From Octopus bimaculoides (lineage: Eukaryota), in contig NC_068988.1 in assembly GCF_001194135.2 (NCBI RefSeq), positions 48,221,062-48,285,061 on the forward strand: 64,000 bases of DNA, written 5' to 3'. A program made the translations under genes and the position numbers. Under the pieces are notes generated by a model. That model ran no database searches and was not told where the DNA came from. It saw only the letters and a program-made list of their open reading frames with translations. The stretch's first letter is position 1. Each line of letters begins with the position of its first letter. Below are positions 13,090 through 26,040 of this stretch, one piece after another.

Positions 13090-13176
13090 AATGACGACCA
13101 CAGTAGCAGCAACAATAATAATAATAACAATTATAATAATGATGAAGATGATGACGACGACGATTACGACGAAGAC

Positions 13177-13209
<33 letters not shown>

Positions 13210-13225
13210 ATTGATGATGATGACG
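12618..13225. repeat. Compound trinucleotide microsatellite field: (GAT)n, (CAA)n, (CTA)n, (AAT)n
   Basis: Directly visible; explains the poly-D, poly-M and poly-L ORFs here. Confidence 0.95.
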
Positions 13226-13559
13226 ACAATAATGTCGAAGCTTTCATTAAATACTATTGTTAATTTCTCGGCAAAGATAAAATTTTTCTTTTCCTTCTAT
13301 AACAAGGTGCACATAGGATATGTAGTATGTATGACATTATTCCTTGTGTGCGTGCGTGTGAGTGTGTGCGTGTGAGTGTGTGCGTGTGAGTGTGTATGTG
13401 TGTGTTCACGTATGTGTATGTATATGTATATGCGTGTGTGTGTGTGCGTACGCGTGTGTAAGTACAAACGTGTGTATGTGCGCAATGAAAAAATATTTGA
13501 ATTAATATAATTGATCGATAAGTTTGAAACATGATCAGAATTTACAAGATTTTGCTTTC

Positions 13560-13860
13560 TGTCTCTTAGCCAGGCGCATAACACTTATTAGCTCAGTCTG
13601 TCTGGCTGACAACAGTTCCCTACTGCTACTTCATTGTCAGAGAGATCGACGAAATAGTACCTAATGAACTTCAATGGAGAATAATTTTACCGCAAATTTT
13701 CCGTATGCTATGTCCTGATGCGAAGCGTTCTTATTACTTCAGTCTGGTTAGTTTGCTGACACCATCCCGTCTAGAGTCATCCTATTGTAATGCATTTCAC
13801 CTGTATTAGTTCGAACACTTACGAGGTTATTCCAAATTTGTGTCCGCTTGAAAAAGTAGT
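13560..13860 (+). mobile_element. Probable very old CR1/L2-group LINE 3' relic
   Basis: Broken peptide REIDEIVP...YYFS resembles the C-terminal CSSEL..VP....Y..SF region seen better at 38086 and 44520. Confidence 0.3.
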
Positions 13861-13914
13861 TGACAATACTATAGCGTAGAATTAGCAAATTGGAGAGAGA
13901 GAGAGAAAGAGAGA

Positions 13915-13984
<70 letters not shown>

Positions 13985-14315
13985 GACATAAAGTCATTTG
14001 TCTCTCTCTGCATACAAATGAAGCCATTACTCATTTGAAGTTCAGATAAATCTCAATGTTTCTTGGAAGGATTTGAATGACTGAATGATTGAACCATTAG
14101 CTCCAAATATACTCCTTTGTATATCAACAGAACCGAATAGAGTAAAGAAAACGAGAATTATGTCCTTTGACAATAAAAAAGAAACACAATAAATTATTGC
14201 ATAGTCTCATGAGAAATGATGGTGTATATTCGTGAGCTCTTTAGATTAATGCAAGCAAGAGAGTAATACCCACTGACTAGTGACCAATGCTATGAGTGGA
14301 GATCAAATCTAATTA

Positions 14316-15582
14316 TCAGGTCACTGAGAATAAAATGTCCGATTTTGAACTGAAAGTTTATTTTACTTTATCTCAACAAAAAGCAGTGCAGTTTATCAAA
14401 TTATGCACCTAAACTATCAACACAATTTTGCCATTTTATCAGCAGCTCATATATGCTGGCAGCGACGAATTCTGGAGAGCAAAAGGTGATGAAATCATGA
14501 AAGGCTGTTTAGCATCTTCTTCAGATTTGAAGTTTTTTCCTTGCAAAAAGTTGCCTAATGCCTGCAAAACGTGATAGTCAGTTCGTGCAAGGTCGGCTGA
14601 ATATAGCAGATGACAGAGTATTTCCAAGTTCAGTTCCTGTAACTTGAGTAGCGTTCTTTGTGCTACATGTGGTCGAGCATCGTCATGCAAGAGAATTGAC
14701 CAGTTTTGGTTGTTTAATTGCAAGTTCACTCATCATTTCATCCAATTGGTCGATGTATACATCTGCTGTAATTGACATACCAGATCTCATGAAGACGTAG
14801 TGGATGACACAAACGCTGGACCACCAAACAGACACCATTAGCTTTTTTTGGTGAATATTCTTTTTTGGATTGTGTTTTGGCATTTCGTTTCAATCCGACC
14901 ACCATGCAGAATGTATACTATTGTTGAAAAGTAACCATTTTTTATCATACGTAACAATACGATGCAAAAATGGTTTGCTTTTATGCTGTGACACCAAAGA
15001 ACAGCAAGTTTCAAGACGACGTGTCTTTTTATGCTCGTTCAGTTAGTGTGGTACACACCTTTCCAGCATTTTTACCTTGCTGACTGATTTGTTTCAGATT
15101 GTCCAATACAGTTGGAATCGAAACATCAAACATTGCTGCTAATTCATGTGTAGTTTGAGATGTATCCGTTTCCAATACAGTTTCCAGCTCATCATTATCT
15201 ACTTTGGTCTCGGTTCTACCACGGAGCTGATTTTCAAGAATGAAGTCACCAGACCAGAACTTCTCAAACCATCGACGCACAGTGCGCTCATTCGTCACAT
15301 CTTCACCAAGCACCTTATGATGTTTCGAGTTGTCTGTGATGCATTGGTTCCACGATAGAACTCATATTCATAAACAACACGAATTGTTGATCCATCCATG
15401 GGTTCACAAAAATTGATTTACAAGAGAAAACTCACAATATAACCAGGCACCATGTATTACATTTCGAAAGGTGACGATGTAACTCATCAATGTCGTAAAA
15501 CAAAGGATTGTCGGGACAAAACACTAACGGCTGCCACACTTCGTGCATAAGAAAATCGGACATTTCATTCTTAATGACCTGA
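14316..15582 (-). mobile_element. Full-length mariner (Tc1/mariner superfamily) DNA transposon, inactivated
   Basis: TIRs of ~31 bp (TCAGGTCACTGAGAATAAAATGTCCGATTTT; right copy reverse-complements to TCAGGTCATTAAGAATGAAATGTCCGATTTT). TA on both sides (14314-15, 15583-84). Length 1267 bp. Confidence 0.95.
14439..15399 (-). pseudogene. Mariner transposase pseudogene
   Basis: Fragments: MDGSTIRVVYEYEFYRG; ERTVRRWFEKFWSGDF..ENQLRGR (HTH region); CVPH*L (WVPHEL); FLHRIVTYDKKW (TGDEKW); LMVSVWW; LLHDDARPH (HDNARPH); YSADLARTDY (YSPDLAPSDY). Split by frameshifts and stops. Confidence 0.92.
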
Positions 15583-15674
15583 TACTTACTTAAGACTTTA
15601 CTAAGGACATACAAAGTCTAAGTCTTTAAGTCGTCCATGGATTAATGTCTAATGTCTAAATACAAATATAAACA

Positions 15675-15790
15675 GTCTGACAAGCTTCCGTTTATCCAGA
15701 ATTATTCACAAGGCTTTTGTTGATCAGAGGCTATTAGAGTGACATTGAACGTAGAATCATGTGATAGCGACACAACCTACTTAATGACAG
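15675..15790 (-). mobile_element. Degenerate SINE family C fragment
   Basis: gacaagctt...tcacaaggcttttgttgatcagaggcta... similar to 32425-32595. Confidence 0.5.
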
Positions 15791-17287
15791 AATTATCTGT
15801 GCTCATTATAAACGATATGCTACTTACATTGTAGATAAGTGTCGCAACCTTAATATGACAAGATCTACCACTACATATAGTCATCTTAAAAAAGATACAG
15901 ATTATTGCAAGTCATGTGCCTCAATTAGCAATCTCAACCAAATTTTATTGATCATTGCTGTTGTTCTTGTCGTTTAACCCCAGGTCAATTCTGATCAAGT
16001 AAATCTATCATCAAAAGTGTTCTCTTCATAATCACCCCTTCTTTTTTGCTCGTTTATTTTACATTTATTACTAAATCACCGAATTTATCGTTTCTTTCGT
16101 GATATCTATTATATTTCGATTTTCCATTCAATATCCAATTTTTGTGTTATCAAATCTTGATCAAAGACAGACAAGTTGAATTCAGTAACATAAGAACTTA
16201 AAACGCAAAGGGTCTTAACAAAACTTCAGCATTTTGCTTGACGATTTAATTATTCTGCTAACTACCTATAAATGGAATAATTTTGAGTGATTTTAAGGAT
16301 ATTTAGCTACAATTTCTAGTAGGTTGAAATACTATGTATAAGCTCTCTCTGATAATCTCTCTTGCTCTCCCTTTTCCTTTCTCTCCGTCTCTTACACTCT
16401 ATCCATTATACATACAACACACACTCAAATGTTGGTTTCAACAATTATGTTTGAATCTCGAATAATATATACTGAATTGTATTGTATCCAGATAGCTAAC
16501 GTCACTGACATTAGCATTTAATAATTTCCTCCATTTATTAATTTCCGTCATTTTTATGTGAAGCTACGTCCTATATAATGCTTATATGAAACAGTAAAGT
16601 GAGAGGAATCAGCAATTTCGAGTAACAATTTCTAAAACTTAGTCTTATATATTGTAATATTACTATTGCTAGCAGATGTTTAGTCTCCTGTTTAACAACT
16701 TACCTGTTAGTCAAGGGACTCAGGTGAACAGACATGTATACTATGGAAATGTAACAAATATATATAGTCTCTGTAAGAAGTACAAATTTCAGCCATTGCT
16801 ACAGTGTGCAATCGAGCACATTAGACAAATTCAAAGAAGTTCCTTTACAATCTTCCTATAGACAGAAAAGTGGCGGATCTGCTGACCGGTTTCACTCCTG
16901 TCTTGGGATAAATCTTATTAGATTATTTACCTCTTTGTCTCAGTAACTAATGGAGACATTTATCTTAGTGACATCACTAAGATAAAATGAGTCATTCAAG
17001 AAAACACTACGTGGTTGTTCAGCAAGCCAAACCACCTAGAATCACAACCGACTGACTTCATAAAAGATGAGTATAAGACGTAATGCTGCCTGAGATCCAT
17101 TTTTCTGAACAAAGGTAAAAAAAAAAGATCATTGGAGGGTTACACCAAAAACGCTTTACTATCTCCATCATCACATGAAGGAATTGACCACCACTATTAC
17201 AGCTATAATCACATTACAACAATGAGTGCAACATCTTACAGCCGCCAATTACAACTACAGTTAGCAACAGCAAATTAGATGTATCGT

Positions 17288-17588
17288 GGAGGCACATGGC
17301 CTAGTGGTTAAAGTAGCATACTCGGGGTCGGGGGATCGCGGGTTCGAATCTCAGACCGGGCGATGTGTGTGTTTATGCGCAAAAACCTAAGGTCCACGCG
17401 GCTCCGGCAGAAGGTAATAGCGAACCTCTGCTGACTCTTTCGCCACAATTTTCTCTCGCTCTTTCCTCCTGCATTTAGCAGCTCACCTACGAAGGACTAG
17501 AGTCCCGTCCATGTGGGAAACCTATACGCCAATAAAACCGGGAAACCGGTCCTTATGAGCCAGGCATGGCTCGAGAAGGAACAAACAA
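17288..17588 (+). mobile_element. tRNA-headed SINE family B
   Basis: A box TGGCCTAGTGGTT, B box GGTTCGAATC, body, and a gaaggaacaaacaa tail. Confidence 0.85.
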
Positions 17589-17894
17589 TTAGATCCATCG
17601 AACCACAACAACTATTAACACTACTGCAGCAACTATTTCAACTAGTAAGACACCGCTATGTCCTTCACATTACAAAATCCACCACAGTAATATAACAGCC
17701 ACCTATGCTGCACTAATTCCGTCACAGTAATAACTGTTAGTATACAATTAGTTGTAACTGCCACAGCATTAGAATCATTGTCATATTAGTACAGCGATAG
17801 CCACCTCTACATCACCGGCTCTGCCATCAAACCATAGCAGCTAATAATTCACTATCAAGTACAACTATTGCTGCACTGCAACGACAGTCATCAT

Positions 17895-17952
<58 letters not shown>

Positions 17953-18141
17953 GTCGCCGCCACCACCACTACTATTTCCACTATCACACTACTACACTTC
18001 TGTTAACACAACATCGAGGAAAGAAATTGTACTACATTTAGCAAATAACACCGCTACTACCACCACTACCTTCAGCAGTAGTAGTAGCAGCTGCTCCAGC
18101 ACCAGCATCAGCATCAACAGCACTAGCAGTAGTAACATCAT

Positions 18142-18173
<32 letters not shown>

Positions 18174-18599
18174 GCAACGGCAGCCAAAACTACTTAATCA
18201 GTTCTGCCTAAAATAACATAAACAAATTATTCCTACATTCTACTGAGATCCAAGTTAATTTTATCAATTAGGAAATACACAAACGTAGTAATTATTTCCT
18301 ACAGCTTGATTAAATTGATGTAAAGCTTACTTCAATAGACTCAAGCATACATTTCACTTTCATGCTATACTAATTGAGAGGGTTTGTGATTCTGGTTTAT
18401 ATTTCATAGCTTCAGGTGCTAAATTAGGTTCTGTCGACATGACATGAAAGCTGTGATTGCTAGCTAAGTAAGACACAATGGATTCTTTCTTAGATATAAC
18501 AGGAAATAATAATTTTAGAAAGGTGGGGGAAAATAGTTGAGATATATGTCAAAACAGAAGTAAATTAGTTACAGGAAGGAAAAGCAGTCCTCGTGATAT

Positions 18600-18900
18600 T
18601 TTTAAGAACTCCAAAGCTTGTGAAATTGGTATAGCTAATGTGATTTTTAACCATTTGTCTGTCACTATTTAACCGTCTGTTCGCCAATAGTCGAGGAGGG
18701 AATTCCAGAGGAAGAAATGAGTGGAGAAATGTTTAGAGAAGGATCTAGAATGTGTGAGTAGCTGAGAAAGGTATGTCGCGTAGCCTTAAAGGAACAAAGT
18801 TATGTTCTACTAGTTCAGAGAAGCTATTGTATATAAGTTCTATATTGCATATGGGAACTGTGTTCTTAGTTTGTTAACGAGACAGTGTAAGGCAATTATT
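18600..18900 (-). mobile_element. Probable old CR1/L2-group LINE 3' relic
   Basis: Minus-strand ...HFFLWNSLL resembles the terminal WNSLP motif. Confidence 0.35.
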
Positions 18901-19276
18901 AATAACTTTATTGATTTGATGTAGCGCGCGTGCACACACACATACACACATAAACTCATACACCTATGAACACACATTTGTGTAGACATAAATTAGGTCA
19001 CCGTCTGTCAAAGCTGACCATGCCTGGAGCCGGTGATGTAGAGGTGGCTATCACTGTACTAATATGACAATGATTCTAATGCTGTGGCAGTTTATGTTGT
19101 TTTGTGTTATAACTAATTGTATACTGACAATTATTACTGTGACAGAATTAGTGAAGCAGAGGTGGCTGTTATAGTACTGTGGTAGATTTTGTGATGTAAA
19201 GGACGTAGTGGTGTCTTACTAGTTGAAATAGTTGCTGCAGTAGTGTTAATAGTTGTTGAGGTTTGATGGATCTAAT

Positions 19277-19569
19277 TGTTTGTTCCTTCTCGAACCATGC
19301 CTGGCTCATAAGGGCCGGTTTCTCGGTTTCATTGGCGTATAGGTTCTTCACCTAGACGGAACGCCGGTCCGTCGCAGGTGAGCTGCAAGATGCAAGAGGA
19401 CAGAGGGAGAGAAAGTTGTGGCGAAAGAGTCAGCAGAATTTCGCCATTACCTTCTGCCGGAGCCGCATGGAGCTTAGGTTTTTAGCTCATAAACACAAAC
19501 GTCGCCCGGTCTGAAATTCGAACCCGCGACCCCGAGTCCGCTGCTTTAACTACTAGGCCATGTGACTCC
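19277..19569 (-). mobile_element. tRNA-headed SINE family B; mirror of 17288-17588
   Basis: Reverse complement of the left copy. Confidence 0.85.
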
Positions 19570-21231
19570 ATGATGGCTCTAATTGGTTGTTGTTAACTGT
19601 AGTTGTAATGCGCAGCTGTAATATGTTGCAAACCTGAGCAAGATTTTTTTTCTTTTAAGAAGATTGGAAGTTGCCCATGCACGCAAGAATCTGGTGGTCA
19701 TTGACACAGTGCCAGGAACATTGTTACTCTCCCCGGCGCTCTAATTGTTTTATTTTCGAAACACCGTTTCGAATTAAACCATTTACCGGACATATTAGCT
19801 AACCTGTACCAATAATACACATTTTGAGTATGAAATTTTTGTTACCCCACTTTCAGCAGAACATGGAAGTATCTCATATCCCGTGATGTGCTGCCACTCT
19901 TATAAATGCGCGTGCTTGAATGTGATCTTTCAGATAGAATTGTAGACATTGAAGCTTACAGCAACAAGCTGCCTCCTTTGGGTGTCTATGTAGTTTTGCA
20001 GCGTTGCTGCTGCTGGTGATGCTGGTGCTGTTGGTGCTGGTGCTGCAACTACTAATACCACTACTACTGCTACTATCAGTAGTAGTAGTAGTAGTAAGCA
20101 GCAGCGGCAGTTGAAGAAGACAATATATGAAGAGAAGGAAACAGGAGGAAAGAAGACAAATAGATAATATAAGAAAAGGGAAGGAAAAGAAAAAAAGAAG
20201 ACAAAAGCGAGTGAACAAAAGAACTATAAATAAAATTGAAAGAGATGAACAAGATGAAACAGGAATAAATCAAAGTTGGGGGTGGAGGGCAGAATTAGTG
20301 CATAAGACAAAATATGTAAATGCCTTTCACAAAAGCTAATTTTAGTGATTCCTCTAATAAAATTTTAATTATCTTCTTAAAATAGAGAACTTACTGAATA
20401 TTTTGTTTTGCTAAGCCTATTGTTTTCAGATTTTGCTAGCCACTATTGTCATTTGTACGAGTTGATGTTGATGCTATTGTTGTGGCTGTTCTTGTTGTTG
20501 TTGCTACTGTTGCCGTTCTTAGAAACAAAATAGCATCTGGTTGAATGCGGAAGGTCCAGTTTAAAACATGTTTCATTTATTCTTTACTCACAATGTACAC
20601 ACACGCCTGCAGCATTTGTTCTGCATAGATACACATGTGCATACGAACACGTACATGTATAAGCAGATCACATATACATATACATGCATGTATGCCATAC
20701 ATACATACATGCACACACATTTGTATATTCATTCATACACACAGATATGCAGGTCTCTGCATTGGAAATTCTGAATTCTTTGGAACGATAAACAATATAT
20801 TGAGCTTTTCTTTTGGAGATACACAACAATAGCAGCAACAGTCGCAATAATAACAGCAGCAGTCGCAATAAGGATGAAATAGCGGTACATGAAGTGCAGT
20901 TAGACTCAGGAGAGATGTCGAATGGAAAATAGAACGAGATGTAAGTTGACGACGTTGGCAGCTACCAAGTCCAGAACAGAAGCATGTAGTTACGACATAA
21001 GAAAGTACATACAAGTTAGAGACAATGAGTAGAATATCAACAACTGCCACCACCACGACAAAAACAATAATTGTTTCTGATTTAGATACAAGGCTACCAG
21101 TTTTAAGGGGAGGGAGTTTGTGAAAAGCCAGAATAAATAGAATGAGGTATGGTTTCTGATAATCCAACGATTCTACAAGATCACATCACGAATAACTATT
21201 GGTTTAAATTTTTATACAAGGCTTGTAATAC

Positions 21232-21436
21232 TGATTTTAAATTTTGGCATAAGACCAAGGGAGGGGTTAGGTCGATTACATCGACCCCACTGCTCAAATG
21301 GTACTTTTATCGACCCCAGAAAGATGAAAGGTAAAATGGACTTTGGCAGAATTTGAATTCAGAACGTGGAGACGGTCAAAATGCTGTTAAACATTTTCAC
21401 CAACGTGGTAAGATTTCTGCCAGCTCGCTGCCTTAA
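21232..21436 (-). mobile_element. SINE family A copy (tail type 3)
   Basis: Minus strand: aaggcagcgagctggcagaaatc...ttctgaattcaaattctgccaaagtcc...ggggtcgatgtaatcgac...gtcttatgccaaaattt. Confidence 0.85.
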
Positions 21437-21445
21437 AAGAAAATT

Positions 21446-21518
21446 TGGGGAATCCAGGTATCGATCCCTGCACCTCAGCCATGCTAAGCAAGTGCTCTAC
21501 CAGTTGAGCTGATTCTCC
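21446..21518 (-). tRNA. tRNA-Ala(AGC)-like gene, probably a pseudogene
   Basis: 73 nt: GGAGAAT CA GCTC AACTGGTA GAGC A CTTGC TTAGCAT GGCTG AGGTG CAGGG ATCGATA CCTGG ATTCCCC A. Intact D stem, AGC anticodon loop, Ala-type ATCGA T loop, and TTTT 2 nt downstream. Anticodon stem broken (only 2 of 5 pairs). Confidence 0.85.
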
Positions 21519-21840
21519 AACATCAAGGATTGTAACATTGAGTGCACTGTGTGTATGTGTGTGATGGGTAGTTGTTTACATCGATCCTAGTTCATCACCT
21601 GTATATTATTTANNNNNNNNNNNNNNNNNNNNNNNNNNNNNNNNNNNNNNNNNNNNNNNNNNNNNNNNNNNNNNNNNNNNNNNNNNNNNNNNNNNNNNNN
21701 NNNNNNNNNNNNNNNNNNNNNNNNNNNNNNNNNNNNNNNNNNNNNNNNNNNNNNNNNNNNNNNNNNNNNNNNNNNNNNNNNNNNNNNNNNNNNNNNNNNN
21801 NNNNNNNNNNNNNNNNNNNNNNNNNNNNNNNNNNNNNNNN

Positions 21841-21881
<41 letters not shown>

Positions 21882-21925
21882 GTACGTATACATGTATACA
21901 TATAGATAGATTGATAGATAGATAT

Positions 21926-21977
<52 letters not shown>

Positions 21978-22727
21978 GTAGGTAGGTAGGTATATGCACG
22001 TAAGTATGTATGTATTCTATGTATGTTTGTGACTATTTCTTTTTATACGCTAATTTTATATTGTCTTTTCAATTAGTTTTCAAATGGCAGATTCTTGCAT
22101 CCAATAACTGATTACTCATAAATATTTTAAATTATAATGCTGTTACTCCTGTGTAAAATTAGTTATGTAATGTGCGACTAATGCGAAACTCCGAGGAGTA
22201 ACAACGATTAACATTAGTACCATACATAGCTCATGTCTTGTTACTATAGAATATATAACAGACCAGAATCAGCAGACAAGCATCAGAAAGGATGTGTTCC
22301 TTTCAGCTCTTTAAATGCACCAATCAATAAGTATCTTCAAACATGTAGATTACTTAGTAGCTTGACCTGAATCTGTAAGTGAATTATATCTCCACAACGA
22401 TATACCTACACACAGACGTATGCACAATCATAATTACGTGTGCAAATTTTATTGACTATCGACTCACTTTTAACTGTATTTTGGTCTCCTGATCGGTAAG
22501 TAAAGCCCATATTCATTCTCTGCAAATATATTTATTCATACACAGACATATTTACCTGTATTTCTGACTTACCTAGAATCTTATTTAGCTACATGAGTAT
22601 TTTTATTAGTGGTTCAATCTTCTATTATCCATAGTACGTTTCACAACTCAAGTATCCGGTGTGCAAAGTAGAACTGCTTTCGCAAATATTTAAGTAGAAT
22701 ATATTAATCAAACGCTGCCAACGTAGG

Positions 22728-22780
<53 letters not shown>

Positions 22781-24539
22781 TGTGCGTGTGCGTGTGTGTT
22801 TAAATCGTTGATTCTGAAATATTATTTTCTCACCGAATTTTTCTCTTCCAGCATCAGTTTTCTCTTTACATTCCATTCTGTAAAACATCGTAGGCTTGAA
22901 ACGTCTACAAATTTCTTTTATTTATCCTGAAAGTCAAGCTAATATACCACTTATGTTGTTTTTTTGCCTAATTTTGAACCATATATATACACATATAAAC
23001 GTGTGTGTGTGTGTAAGTAAGTAGGTAGTTATATATGTATATGTATATATATANNNNNNNNNNNNNNNNNNNNNNNNNNNNNNNNNNNNNNNNNNNNNNN
23101 NNNNNNNNNNNNNNNNNNNNNNATATATATATATATATATAATCAAGATTCAGTTGAATTAGGTTGAGGAAGCAAGGCAGTCCGGTATTATCTGCACAGC
23201 TCAAAGTTAGGTGAATAAAAAGCAAATAAGTAACAAGGATGTCCAGGTATCAGTGCATTACAGCCGTTCAAGAGGCTCCATTTAATCGATCAATGCAAAA
23301 ATTACATCAGTTTGAAATAAACTGCTGTATGTTGGAAATCTATATGGCCGTATGCGTCCGAGGAGTGCGGAGTATTTCAAATTGATACCTACACATCCTT
23401 GTTACTTATTTGCTTTACACACAAACACACACATACACGCGCATTCAAGTTGGAATAACACACGGTTAACTAAAACGCTAGTAAATCTTTAAACGTGTAA
23501 AAAAGAGCAATAGAGATGTTATTGGATCGCTGGAGTGCGTTTTTTCAGAAGCTACCAAATGATATAGCATGTAATACTATATGCAACGACATATCTTCGG
23601 AATTGTAATTTTGTTTACAAAGCAAATGAAGAGAAAACATTTTGAACGAAAATAGCTTTATCACTTTGTAATCACCCATTCTAATAGATTCGAGGAAAAT
23701 TTCCCTTCAGACGACAAAATGTATGCGTCAAGTTTGCAAATACTATTCGCAGTATTACGAATTACTTATTTAAAATAATTACTAATTTTCTGACAATTTC
23801 CAGTCGATTCCAAGATGTGTGACTCCACTTGCCGACCGACCTAGAACATAAAGAAGGTGATATAAAGCCACAAAACCAAACCGTAGCAAAATTTTTAAAT
23901 GGGTAACCGCGTCACATAGACCATAAGGATAATTGATTCGTAATGTAAAGGGGAAAAAAAGCAGTAAACTGAAACCATATCATTTCAAACAAGAAAGTAA
24001 TTGCATCAGTTGAGGGTAATCACAAAAAGGGGAATGTTTTACAGAAAAGTGTCTACTGGTGCATCTGGCCCGAAGAAAACGGTGAAATATCAAAAGTAAA
24101 ATCCAGAAGAAAGAAAACTCTACAAACATGTTAATAATTGCGGAAAACAAATAACCTGAGTATTCTGTAAGGCAAGAATAACATACAGGTACCAGTCATA
24201 CAACACAGCCAAAGCAAGTATCGAAACATTCTATATATAAGGCAAAATGTTGCAATATTACAAACAAAGCACAATCTACACATTTTGAGACGTAACACAC
24301 AAACTCTTAAAACAGTTACGGTTTAGCAGAATTATGCCGTAGATTTATCTAGTTGTCATATCACACACATCAACACCAGTTTCTTAATCCTTTGGACAGT
24401 TTCCAATGAATCTGCTAGAAAAATCAGCAAGATAAGAGTCCCCACTTAAATAATCTAGCCAGTACATAACATCCAAATGCAATTGGATTAACTGAGACAT
24501 ATCTTTTGACTGATATAGGACTAACCAAGTTGTATAAAT

Positions 24540-25590
24540 TAGGTTTAGCATGATATCATACACAGCGTCAGTTCCGAAAGAATGGTGGAGAATCACCAGG
24601 AAATTGCCACTGCTAGAGTGCGTCGTGTTGATTCCCTTATGCTGTGCAAGTAACTGTTCATCTGAGCGATATAGCAGGACACTATACCATGTGTAATCTG
24701 TCAACTTATAACATCTTTGAAGAAGGTCTGAAAATATATACAACAGACATTCAGAAAAGTTGATATATGCGCTAGTCTTCTCCTTTTAAGTAGGATAAAC
24801 GATACGGACTTGAAGTAACCCTTAAGGTATATTAAACATGGGGTTTATTTCTGAACACAACAGTAATGGAGTTAATTCAGGCAGCCAAGATATCTTCAAG
24901 CAGCAACAACAATAAAACTTGCAAACACGAAACATTAGCTTCACTTACAACGTAGACTTTGTAAACATCGAAATATTCCTTCTTTCTGAGACAATAAAAT
25001 CGTTGATGTTTTACTGTGTAATCTCAGAAATTATTTTCCGACTAAAATCAATAAATCGCGCAAATCTCTTTTCCTGAAAGTTGATCCTCTCAAAGCTAGC
25101 TAGAAAGCTGTTGAAACTCACACGTGAAAGTTAAACCCCTGCTTATGAAACCCTATAAATTCTGACTTGATTGTTAGATACTGGACAATTGCAAAAATGC
25201 TGAAATAGGTAATAATAATTGGAATTTACGAAGGTAGGTGTAGGTAAGAAACGCTTCAAATCCGTTTTGCATTTGACCTGTAATAACTTTCGAAGAAGAT
25301 CATACTTACAAAAGTAATAAACTAATTAGATCGACAAAAGCGTTTAGCAAAAGGTAGAACAGCGTCTGCAACACATCTGAATTCTGAAAAGTAGCGATTT
25401 TGTTTAATGGTCGATTGTGTATACAATAATTACACCTTAACATTTGAAAAAGTGGATCATGCATTACCTCACAAATTTCTAAAAAAACGTTAGCATCAGA
25501 AGTTTTGACATTTGGATCACTGATTTCGTAATACCCACCTAGTTCGTGCTTGAAAACGGAAACGTAGAATCCTTATCACATTGCCACAAA
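24540..25590 (+). mobile_element. Degenerate CR1/L2-group LINE ORF2 relic (linker plus RT)
   Basis: Broken peptides KEWWRITRKL, LDNCKNAEI (P.DWK.A.I-like) and FEKVDHALPHKFLKK (FDKVDH..LL.KL-like), then a WI.DF..VVL.NG-like stretch after a frameshift. Confidence 0.5.
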
Positions 25591-25636
25591 TTAAACTGAC
25601 AGCACCTGCTGCAAAATAAGGTGGGTTTTGTACAAC

Positions 25637-25840
25637 ACGAGGGTATACTGAAAAGTTCCTGGCTTTGAGGATGTCACGAAAGGTCTGGTTGGAGACCCAA
25701 CATTCTGAGTTCTTTTACAGGACCTAGAAACATTGAAGGACCACTACAATAAGTGTGTGAACCTGAGAGAGAAATATATCATTACTCATCCCTCTGTATT
25801 TACCTTTACCCAAAGCAAGGAACTTTTCACCTCCACCTAG
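25637..25840 (+). mobile_element. Mariner-derived MITE (~200 bp)
   Basis: Imperfect TIRs acgagggtatactgaaaagttcctggcttt / aaagcaaggaacttttcacctccacc. Internal LKDHYNKCVNLREKY resembles a mariner transposase C-terminus. Confidence 0.75.
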
Positions 25841-25881
25841 TTTATATGACTATATGAATATATATGTATATGCATATCCAT

Positions 25882-26040
25882 GCTGGCCAAATCGTTAGCA
25901 GTCCTTTGCGAAATGCTTAGCAATATTTCGTTCGTCGTTATGTTTTGAGTCTAAATTCCGTCGGGTCGACTTTGCCTTTCATCCTTTTGGAGTCGATAAA
26001 ATAAAATAAGTACCAGTAAGATACTGGAGTCTATGTAACT
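25882..26040 (+). mobile_element. SINE family A copy, 3'-truncated
   Basis: gctggccaaatcgttagca...gaaatgcttagc...gtcgactttgcctttcatccttttggagtcgataaaat. Confidence 0.8.

Larger units (their letters stand above)
17227..19630. repeat. Inverted duplication; arms 17227-17821 and 19027-19630, spacer ~1.2 kb
   Basis: Arms align end to end, including non-SINE flanks. About 14 mismatches in ~170 bp of flank by manual count. Twin ORFs 17513..17695(+) and 19169..19351(-) are near-identical. Confidence 0.95.

Noticed and set aside
18075-20070. Possible older inverted similarity between 18075-18360 and 19900-20070
   Set aside because: Mostly low-complexity CAG/TAG sequence; the alignment needs several gaps and is not nested with the clear inverted repeat.
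24384-24743. 119-aa minus-strand ORF with a faint CUB-like stretch (SSSGNFLVILHHS)
   Set aside because: Lacks the CUB cysteines and core motifs; better explained as the antisense of a decayed plus-strand LINE ORF2.
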